Origin: Desulfobacteraceae bacterium Eth-SRB1
Lineage (GTDB): Bacteria > Desulfobacterota > Desulfobacteria > Desulfobacterales > ETH-SRB1
Direction of reading: 5' to 3'
Length of the DNA stretch: 64,000 bases
Assembly (NCBI GenBank): GCA_004193555.1
Contig: RPGP01000001.1
Location: 27,367-91,366 of the forward strand
The translations under genes were made by a program, and so were the position numbers. Shown piece after piece: positions 9,471 to 17,478 of the stretch; the stretch's first letter is position 1; every line of letters begins with the position of its first letter. The notes below the pieces were generated by a model. It was given only the letters and a program-made list of their open reading frames with translations, did not search any database and had not been told where the DNA came from.

Positions 9471-10415
9471 GTGGCAAGAAAAGGAAAAACAAAAAGCATA
9501 TATTGGATGATGATAATCTGTATGGGGTGCTTTTTGCCTGGTTTTGACACCTTTGCCCTTGAGGTGGGCGGAGAAAGTATCTATACAGATGATAATGCCC
9601 ATTTCTCTGTTGCCATACCCGCGGGGTTTCAAGAGATATCACAAGGGTGGCTTTGCGGGAGCTTTCTTGATCCAAAGCTTAAAAGTTTGTGCAAAGACGC
9701 CCTGAAAGAGTATAATAAGGTATTTATCTATCAGGATGATTTGAACCGGTCGGATGATTTGAAGCAAAAAGCAAAGGGTCTTGTCTTTATAGGTATTAAG
9801 ACTTATAAGCATAAAAAAAAGCGTTTTAAACTCTTCACCGATTATATTACGGTAAATGAATTTTTCGATCCCAAAGTGATCAAAAAATTTAGCAAACTTT
9901 TTAAAAAGCAGCTTGGCGAAAAAGGAGCTGAAGATGTCATCGCAGGAGATCCGGTTTTCGATAATGAGTATAAGGGTTTTGGTTTTATCTGCAGCTACAG
10001 GTTTTCCGGGGGCGATGAGGCAAAAGAATTTCACAGGGTGTTTTTGGGGGGAACCCATCTAATTTACCTTGATTTTAATCTTTATGCCGTAGATAACACT
10101 GCCCCTTACGAAAGCCTGTTTCAGCAAATAGCCGCTTCTTTGTCATTTAAGGAGGGTTTTGGACCAAGAGATTCATATATCGACGCCTGGAAAAAGAGAG
10201 TCGGTTCTTATGAGCTGTTTGGAACAAGGCTCTCTGATCTGGGAAGGTCGCTGTTAGATATTACTTTAATTATATTTCTTTTAAATATATTACTTGGATA
10301 TATTACTAATCCCAAAAAGGCGCGCTATATACAGATAGAGTCTTTGCAAAGAAACAAAAACAAGGCAAGGCTTGCAACAATCGCTATAGGGATACTTATA
10401 TATATATATATATAA
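9471..10415 (+). CDS. Hypothetical exported protein with C-terminal membrane anchor
   Basis: 314-aa ORF, signal-peptide-like N-terminus, hydrophobic C-terminus ending in a (TA)9 tract. Confidence 0.7.
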   Translation: MARKGKTKSIYWMMIICMGCFLPGFDTFALEVGGESIYTDDNAHFSVAIPAGFQEISQGWLCGSFLDPKLKSLCKDALKEYNKVFIYQDDLNRSDDLKQKAKGLVFIGIKTYKHKKKRFKLFTDYITVNEFFDPKVIKKFSKLFKKQLGEKGAEDVIAGDPVFDNEYKGFGFICSYRFSGGDEAKEFHRVFLGGTHLIYLDFNLYAVDNTAPYESLFQQIAASLSFKEGFGPRDSYIDAWKKRVGSYELFGTRLSDLGRSLLDITLIIFLLNILLGYITNPKKARYIQIESLQRNKNKARLATIAIGILIYIYI

Positions 10416-10491
10416 ATGCCGCTTTTTTATTAGAATCGACATGGAGCAAGCCCTGGAGTTTGCTTAAGCAGATTAATAAGGAGGAATACTA

Positions 10492-10944
10492 ATGAAAGAC
10501 TTTAGAGTGCTGGTAGTTGACGATGAGGATGATTTTCGCGAAACATTTATAAAACGTCTTCAAAAGAGAGAACTTAATGTTACCGGTGCGGAAAGCGGGG
10601 AAAAAGCGCTGGAGATTCTGGATGATTTTATTTTTGATGTGGTAATACTGGATGTCAAAATGCCGGGTTTGGATGGTGTGGAAACTCTTCAGGAAATGAA
10701 AAAAAAGAGACCGCTTATGGAGGTGATCATGCTCACCGGCCACTCGACTGTGGAATCGGCTATTGATGGGCTGAAACTCGGAGCCTTTGATTACATCATG
10801 AAACCCGCAGACTTCGATGAGTTGCTGGAAAAGATGACCCAGGCCTATGAGAAGAAAAAGGCCCATGAGATGAAAATCCAGGAGAGCAAAGTCCGTGCGC
10901 TGCAAGGCCATCCCGGACGTGTTTTCGAACAGTTCAAAGAATAA
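10492..10944 (+). CDS. Response regulator (REC with short C-terminal tail)
   Basis: VLVVDDE, ILDVKMPGLDG, MLTGH, YIMKP; RBS AAGGAGG. Confidence 0.93.
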   Translation: MKDFRVLVVDDEDDFRETFIKRLQKRELNVTGAESGEKALEILDDFIFDVVILDVKMPGLDGVETLQEMKKKRPLMEVIMLTGHSTVESAIDGLKLGAFDYIMKPADFDELLEKMTQAYEKKKAHEMKIQESKVRALQGHPGRVFEQFKE

Positions 10945-11025
10945 AACAGACTTCTTACGCTTTAGATATCCTGATTGCGTTTTTTCAGGTTATGGTAAAA
11001 CACTACAAGAACACGGAGGCTTATA

Positions 11026-11529
11026 ATGGCAACTAATGTAGAAAGAAAAGTAAAGGATCTGATGATCCCGCTTGAAGATTATGATAGTATATCTTCAGAT
11101 AAACCGCTCAGGGATGCTTTTGAACTTATGGCCAAAACAGGGCATCACGCTGTTTTGGTTATCGGCAAAAACAATGAACCAATAGGACAACTGTCTTATA
11201 GAGATGCCCTGATAGCGCTGGAACCAAAATACAGCGCCGGCAAGTGGGGGCATGCCTGGTTTACCCCGGAAGCATTTGAAAACTATCCTGTTTTCTATTA
11301 TGAAGGTGAATTTTCAGCACGATGCAAGGCACAATTGAAGAAATCGGTCAAAGAGGTTATGTCATCATTTACGATCAGCCTGAATGAAGATGCCACTCTA
11401 TCCGAGGCTGTTCACGTCATGATAAACAAAAATGTAGGGCGGCTGCCGGTATTGTCCGGCAAAAAGTTCTTGGGAATGATCAGGCTCGTGGAAATCTTTG
11501 ACGAGATAAAAAAGGTTGTTCTGGCCTAA
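11026..11529 (+). CDS. CBS-domain protein
   Basis: VKDLMIPLEDY, SVKEVM, GRLPV..GMIRLVEIF (CBS pair). Confidence 0.88.
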   Translation: MATNVERKVKDLMIPLEDYDSISSDKPLRDAFELMAKTGHHAVLVIGKNNEPIGQLSYRDALIALEPKYSAGKWGHAWFTPEAFENYPVFYYEGEFSARCKAQLKKSVKEVMSSFTISLNEDATLSEAVHVMINKNVGRLPVLSGKKFLGMIRLVEIFDEIKKVVLA

Positions 11530-11630
11530 TAAATAGTCTGTACTGGCAATGCAGCGCGCATCGAGACCTTTGAAAATGTGTGGCCGTTCACGGCTTGAAA
11601 TTTGAAATTGGAAAGTAGAAATTTGGGAGA

Positions 11631-11687
11631 CCTGTCTGCGTGTGCATGTGCGTTGCACGCAGACAGGTACGGGTACGCACAGACAGG
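11631..11687. repeat. REP-like hairpins CCTGTCTGCGTG...CACGCAGACAGG (nested)
   Basis: Inverted arms; related copy at 49038-49067 in the same TCTCCC(A/C)AATTTC context. Confidence 0.7.
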
Positions 11688-11726
11688 ATAAAACCAGGTT
11701 TTTTAAAAACCTGGTTTTTTGTTTTA

Positions 11727-11887
11727 ACCTAAGTTGATCGGTTTTTTGCGAAGAGATGTGCTGAGATCTTGATGCATAAGGATTTGCAAAAACCGCAGGC
11801 ATACCCGTGGATATGTCGAGGATTTTTGCGAAGCCTTTATGCGCAAGAGATCGGCGCAGATCGAGTAAAAAACCGCTCAATTTAGGT
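11727..11887. mobile_element. Fold-back MITE-like palindromic element (~161 bp)
   Basis: Ends ACCTAAGTTGATCGGTTTTTT / AAAAAACCGCTCAATTTAGGT; flanked by TTTA on both sides (11723-11726, 11888-11891). Confidence 0.75.
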
Positions 11888-11931
11888 TTTATGTATTGTT
11901 TTTAAAGCGTTGATTGTGGTATTTTGTTTTT

Positions 11932-14547
11932 ATGTTTGGATTAAAACAGTTTTTCAAAAAACTACTGAAGGATGAGACCCAAAAGGTTGAGCAGAAGGCC
12001 TCAGTTGATAACGTTCGGAATGCCTTTACAAACAGATATTTGAATTTTAAGACTCTTTTAAATACAAATAACGAGGTGTTGGAACTCATAACCGACATGG
12101 AACAGGCCTTTTCCGGAAGCCGCACTTTCGGCATGTCTTTTATCCGGGCGAACTGTACAGCAATTTCAGTCAATATATATAAGATCATCGATTGCTTGAA
12201 TGAAATAGCAAATGATAGATATAAAGTACTTCTCGAAGTGCTTGAAGGTATTCTCCCGGAAATCGACAGGGAATTACAGCAGAAAAAGTTAGAGACCGGG
12301 GGCCAATTAGTCCTTCCTCTTGAAAGTGTCGATAAAACTATGGCCGATCAAGTTGGAGCCAAGATGGCAAATCTTGGCGAGGTTAAAAATGCTGTTGGTC
12401 TTTCTGTCCCCGAGGGTTTTGTCATTACGGCTGCCGCCTATGAGCGCTTCCTGGAACACGCCGGTCTTCGGGATGAGATTAACCGTCAGATTCAATCTCT
12501 CGATCCTGCCGATATTGCCAGGCTTCATGAAATTAGTTCCGCCATCCAAAATCTTATTATTAATGCGCCCTGCCCCCCTGAACTTGAAAATGCCATTATG
12601 AAGGCATACACAGACTTAATAAAAAAAACAGGTCATGATATTCATGTTTCCATGCGCAGCAGCGCTCTTGGGGAAGATACAAAGAATGCCTCTTTTGCCG
12701 GGCAGTATCGTTCCATGCTCAACGTGGGCAGGGAGAACCTGATCCTTTCCTACAAGGAGATTGTTGCCAGCAAATATTCGGTTCCCGCCATTGCCTATCG
12801 TTTAAACAAGGGATTTCGTGATGGAGATATTATTATGAGTGTCGGCTGTATGACTATGGTCGAGGCAAAAGCCGGCGGTGTCATGTATTCTGCAGATCCC
12901 GGCAATATATGTCATGAGTGCATTATAATTAATGCTGTCTGGGGACTTGGCAAGTCGGTGGTGGATGGAAGTATGGCCCCGGACCTTTTTATTCTTTCCA
13001 AAGAAAATCCGAAAATTATATTAAAAAATAAAATCAGCGCTAAGAGACAGCAGCTTGTTTCCGGAGTTTCAGAAGGAATACATCTTGCGGATGTGGCCGG
13101 AGAACAGGCAAATAATCCGGCAATTACCAATGAACAGTCCGCCCGGTTAGGCGAATTGGCTCTGCGCCTGGAAAAACATTTTGGCGATCCCCAGGATATT
13201 GAATGGGCCTTTGAGCCGGATGGTTCTATCTTGATCTTACAGAGCCGGCCGCTGATGGTGCTTGGCGAAGAACTGACAGAGATTCAGGATATTCCCGGAT
13301 CAAAGGTTGACCCTGCTGAGGTAATCCTGTCAGGCGGTGTGACAGCCAGCCCGGGAGTGGCCAGCGGCCCTGCCTTTGTGGTTGAAACAACTGTAGATAT
13401 GCTGCAGTTTCCTTCAGGGGCCGTGCTTGTGACCAAAAATCCTCTGCCTCAATGGGCAGCGCTCTTAAATAGCGCTGTTGCCGTCATTACAGACAAAGGA
13501 GGCGTCACCGGTCACCTCGCGGCTGTGGCGAGAGAATTCAAGGTTCCAGCTCTTGTTGGAACTTCAACCGCTACGAGGTATATCCATAATGGAGACATCG
13601 TCACAGTCTATGCGACCGGTCGCACAGTCTATGCCGGCAGAGCTGAATCCCTCCTTAAAAAGGCGGCTGAAAAGACAAGCTTGATGCAAGGAAGTCCTGT
13701 TCATAACGCTCTTGGGAATGTCTTAAAATATATTGCGCCGCTCAATCTTACCGATCCGGATGCATCAAATTTTACACCTCAAGGATGCCGGACTATACAC
13801 GACATTATACGTTTCGCTCACGAGATGTCCCTGCAAGAACTTTTTGGGTTCAAAAAGGATTCTTCTTTCCCGGAGCATTTAGCCAAAAGACTGGTTATTG
13901 ATGTTCCTATGCAGTGGTGGGTTATTGATCTAAGTGGTGGTTGCAGAGAAGGAATTAAAGGGAATACGATTGGGCTTGAAGATATAATATCCGATCCCAT
14001 GCTGACATTGTGGGAGGGGATAACGGCTATACCCTGGAAAGGCCCGCCTCCAATAGATACAAAAGGATTTTTTTCCGTCATGTATGGAGCGACATTAGAC
14101 AGGAGTCTTGTTCCTGGTATGCGTTCACGTTATAGTGAACGCAATTATCTTATAATATCCAAAAATTTTTGTCATCTCAGCTCGCGATTCGGTTTTCATT
14201 TTTCGACGGTAGAAGCTTTTTTTGGCGAGAAGGTGGCGGAAAATTATATCTGTTTTAATTTTAACGGCGGGGCTGCTGATGATGCGCGCAGGGCGCGAAG
14301 AGCCGACCTTATTAGATTGATTCTGGAAAAATTCGATTTCTGGGTTAAGATCAAGAGCGATTCGGTTTTTGCACGGCTTGAGCGACAGAAAATACCCTTT
14401 TTAAAAGAAAGATTAAAGGTTCTCGGTCATCTTGTAATGCACACGAGACAGTTGGATATGGTTCTGTCCAACAGCGGAAGGGTAAACAAATATCTGGAAG
14501 AAACGCTGAAAGAACTTTCTTCATTTGTGGATGTTTCCCAATCATAA
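11932..14547 (+). CDS. PEP-synthase-like protein: ATP-grasp (PPDK_N) + phospho-His swivel domain + uncharacterised C-terminal domain
   Basis: VGAKMANLGE, MRSSALGED, SFAGQY, DIEWA, ILQSRPL, GGVTGHLAAVAREF. No PEP/pyruvate-binding barrel motifs recognised after the His domain. Start could be TTG 11914. Confidence 0.88.
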   Translation: MFGLKQFFKKLLKDETQKVEQKASVDNVRNAFTNRYLNFKTLLNTNNEVLELITDMEQAFSGSRTFGMSFIRANCTAISVNIYKIIDCLNEIANDRYKVLLEVLEGILPEIDRELQQKKLETGGQLVLPLESVDKTMADQVGAKMANLGEVKNAVGLSVPEGFVITAAAYERFLEHAGLRDEINRQIQSLDPADIARLHEISSAIQNLIINAPCPPELENAIMKAYTDLIKKTGHDIHVSMRSSALGEDTKNASFAGQYRSMLNVGRENLILSYKEIVASKYSVPAIAYRLNKGFRDGDIIMSVGCMTMVEAKAGGVMYSADPGNICHECIIINAVWGLGKSVVDGSMAPDLFILSKENPKIILKNKISAKRQQLVSGVSEGIHLADVAGEQANNPAITNEQSARLGELALRLEKHFGDPQDIEWAFEPDGSILILQSRPLMVLGEELTEIQDIPGSKVDPAEVILSGGVTASPGVASGPAFVVETTVDMLQFPSGAVLVTKNPLPQWAALLNSAVAVITDKGGVTGHLAAVAREFKVPALVGTSTATRYIHNGDIVTVYATGRTVYAGRAESLLKKAAEKTSLMQGSPVHNALGNVLKYIAPLNLTDPDASNFTPQGCRTIHDIIRFAHEMSLQELFGFKKDSSFPEHLAKRLVIDVPMQWWVIDLSGGCREGIKGNTIGLEDIISDPMLTLWEGITAIPWKGPPPIDTKGFFSVMYGATLDRSLVPGMRSRYSERNYLIISKNFCHLSSRFGFHFSTVEAFFGEKVAENYICFNFNGGAADDARRARRADLIRLILEKFDFWVKIKSDSVFARLERQKIPFLKERLKVLGHLVMHTRQLDMVLSNSGRVNKYLEETLKELSSFVDVSQS

Positions 14548-14608
14548 ATCAACAATCATAAATCTAATCGGATAGCGCTGAATTATAGATTTTTCAGGAG
14601 ATTTAGTC

Positions 14609-16291
14609 ATGACTCAGGAAAAGGAGTTACACAGATATTATGCCCGCTTGCGCACAAAGTTTATAGCCATCATTTTTTTCATAGCTTTTATTCCGTTAAT
14701 ACTTTTAGGCGGGACTACTTACTATCACTATAGCGCTACGGTCAAAGAAAAAATCAGAAAAGAATTAAAATTAATAGCAAAAAACAGAAAAGACACCATT
14801 GATCTTTTTCTAAATGACAGGGCTAACAGTTTAAGTGTTCTGGCTTATACGCACACCTTTGACTACCTGGGGAAAAAAGAGAACCTGCACAATGTTTTTC
14901 AATTGTTAAAAATGGTTGACAGCGCCTTTCAGGATATGGGCGTGATTAACAGTAATGGTAAACAGGTTGCTTATATCGGGCCGTATCACTTAACCGGCAA
15001 ACAATACAGTCAGACAGAATGGTTTAAGGCGGTTATGAAAAAAAATGTCTATATCAGTGATGTCTTTCTTGGTTTTAGAAAGGTTCCCCATTTCATCATT
15101 GCTGTAAAAAGGATAGAAAATGGAAAGCCGTGGATATTACGAACGACCATAGACATAAACATGATAAATCATTTTATGTGCACAGCCCTTCTGGGTAAAC
15201 ACGGAGCTGACGCATATATCCTGAGCAGAGAAGGTACCTATCAGATAAGCACCGCTGACAACGACCTGATACTGACTAAATCCGAGTTCAAAATGCCTTC
15301 CGTATTTCGAGGCATAAAGGAAATGGAAGGGTGCCATGGAGAAAAAGCTCTCATTTGCGCTATTGCCTGGTTAAAGAACAACGACTGGCTGATGGTAATC
15401 GAACAAGATTTAAAATATGAGCTGAGCCCTATGGTTCGTGTTAAAAATACCGCTCTTTCCATCTTTATAATCAGCTCTCTTATTATCATTATCAGCACCA
15501 TTCTTATTACCAAACGGGTATTTGCAAGGCTGGAAAAAGTCGACAGAGAAAAATCGCAGCTTAGTGAGCAGCTTGTTCGTTCTGACAGATTAGCGGCCAT
15601 CGGTAAATTAGCGAGCGGTATCGCTCACGAGATCAACAATCCCCTTGCTGTTATCTCTGAAAAGGCCGGCTGGATAGGAGACCTGCTGACCGAAGAGGAT
15701 GTAAAGAATAGCCCTAATTACAGTGAGTTGATCAAATCTACCGAGGATATCAAAAAACATGTTAAGCGGGGGAAAAAGGTCATCAGTCGTCTTATGGGTT
15801 TTGCCCGTAAGGAAGAGGTCGTGTATGGAAATGTAGATATAAACTCTGTCCTTGATGAAACACATGATTTCTTGAACAAAAAGGCAATATATCAGAATAT
15901 AGCCATAATGAAAGAATTCCATGAGGATCTGCCGAGTATAGTAACTGACGGGGCGCAATTACAACAGGTCTTTATCAATATAGTAAATAATGCTATAGAT
16001 GCGATTAATAAAGATGGCGTGATTCGTCTCATCACAAAGGGGCGGGATGGGGGTGTTCTAATCGCTATCGCTGATACGGGGCCGGGTATGCCGGAGGAAG
16101 TTCAAGAAAAGATATTTAATCCGTTTTTTACGACTAAACCGGTCGGCAAGGGTACCGGCCTGGGGCTTTCCACGAGTTATGGTATAGTTGAAAAATTGGG
16201 CGGCCATCTTACGGTGGAAAGCGAAGTGGGCAAGGGGACAACATTTTATATTACGCTGCCTCCTTCTTGTGAGCAGAAAACAAAAGGCTAA
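14609..16291 (+). CDS. Membrane sensor histidine kinase with periplasmic Cache-like domain
   Basis: Two TM segments; YISDVFLGFRKVPHFIIAV; AHEINNPLA; [18 protein letters not shown]. Confidence 0.93.
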   Translation: MTQEKELHRYYARLRTKFIAIIFFIAFIPLILLGGTTYYHYSATVKEKIRKELKLIAKNRKDTIDLFLNDRANSLSVLAYTHTFDYLGKKENLHNVFQLLKMVDSAFQDMGVINSNGKQVAYIGPYHLTGKQYSQTEWFKAVMKKNVYISDVFLGFRKVPHFIIAVKRIENGKPWILRTTIDINMINHFMCTALLGKHGADAYILSREGTYQISTADNDLILTKSEFKMPSVFRGIKEMEGCHGEKALICAIAWLKNNDWLMVIEQDLKYELSPMVRVKNTALSIFIISSLIIIISTILITKRVFARLEKVDREKSQLSEQLVRSDRLAAIGKLASGIAHEINNPLAVISEKAGWIGDLLTEEDVKNSPNYSELIKSTEDIKKHVKRGKKVISRLMGFARKEEVVYGNVDINSVLDETHDFLNKKAIYQNIAIMKEFHEDLPSIVTDGAQLQQVFINIVNNAIDAINKDGVIRLITKGRDGGVLIAIADTGPGMPEEVQEKIFNPFFTTKPVGKGTGLGLSTSYGIVEKLGGHLTVESEVGKGTTFYITLPPSCEQKTKG

Positions 16292-16354
16292 GTTCAGGGG
16301 AATTAGTCGACTTAACACCTTGAACCGTAACAACATTATAAAGGAGCTAAAAAA

Positions 16355-16744
16355 ATGCAGGAAATTCAGATGCTGTTGGTCGATGACGAGGACGACTTCA
16401 GAACAACTCTTGCTAACAGGTTGAAATTAAGGAAAATAGATGTCACGGATGCAGCAAGCGGCGACGAGGCTATAGAGATGGTCAAACAAAGGTCTTTTGA
16501 CGTAGCTGTTATAGACGTCAAGATGCCGGGGACCGACGGTATTGAAACATTGAAGCAGGTCAAGAAAATCCAGCCGGCCATTGAGATCGTCATGCTTACC
16601 GGACATGCTTCGATCGAGTCGGGCATGGAAGCCATGAAATTGGGCGCTTATGATTATGTAATGAAACCCTGTGATATCGACGAACTGCTTATCAAAGCCG
16701 GAGACGCTTACCAGCACAGGCTGCTCAAGGAAAAAGAAAAATAA
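16355..16744 (+). CDS. Single-domain response regulator
   Basis: LLVDDE, VIDVKMPG, MLTGH, YVMKP. Confidence 0.93.
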   Translation: MQEIQMLLVDDEDDFRTTLANRLKLRKIDVTDAASGDEAIEMVKQRSFDVAVIDVKMPGTDGIETLKQVKKIQPAIEIVMLTGHASIESGMEAMKLGAYDYVMKPCDIDELLIKAGDAYQHRLLKEKEK

Positions 16745-16770
16745 GCGGCAATCGACAGATTATGGCCGGA

Positions 16771-17451
16771 TTATGACCAGATCTCTCTTTTGTTCTCATC
16801 GTGATCCACCATGTAAAGAAGGGTGGTCTTTGTTTTTAGAATTTCAATAAGTTCGGGAAATCTTGACCGGTCAACGCCGTATGTGCGAATGTAAACTTTG
16901 TGGTACCCTTCCGGCACCTGTTCGTATGAACTTAAAATACTTGCAATACGTCCCTTATATCCCCGGATAATATCAGCAACCTCCTTGATAGAGCCAGGTT
17001 GATTTTTTACCTGAAAGGCAAACTGGATCCCCTTTTGCCCGACACCGGCTGAGGAGATTATTTCTCTGAATATGTCGGTCTGGGTTATTGTACCGACAAT
17101 TCCCCCATCATGATCGACCACTGGAACCCCGGATATTTTATGGTTGAGCAACACCTCGGCTGTCTCTTCTATGGTATAATCAAAAGGAACTGTGATGAGT
17201 TTATCCGACATAATTTCGCTCACCTTAACCTTGGACAGTATATAATTAAGCTCATGAACCGATAGAGTGGTAGCATCGGAAGCCGACGCCCTTTTTATAT
17301 CCCTGTCGGTGATAACTCCAACAAGCCTATCTTTTTTCGTAACCGGCAGCATACGGATTTTATGTTTTTGTAACAGCTTCATGGCATCATGAATAGATTC
17401 ATTTAAATCAATGGTGAAGACAGTTCTGCTCATCCAATTCTTAACTAACAT
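16771..17451 (-). CDS. AcuB-like CBS-pair + ACT-domain protein
   Basis: MLVKNWMS, IRMLPV, VITDRDIKRASASDATTLS, C-terminal PGSIKEVADIIR (ACT). Confidence 0.9.
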   Translation of the reverse strand: MLVKNWMSRTVFTIDLNESIHDAMKLLQKHKIRMLPVTKKDRLVGVITDRDIKRASASDATTLSVHELNYILSKVKVSEIMSDKLITVPFDYTIEETAEVLLNHKISGVPVVDHDGGIVGTITQTDIFREIISSAGVGQKGIQFAFQVKNQPGSIKEVADIIRGYKGRIASILSSYEQVPEGYHKVYIRTYGVDRSRFPELIEILKTKTTLLYMVDHDENKREIWS

Positions 17452-17478
17452 GCTAATACCTCCACAAAATGTTCAATA

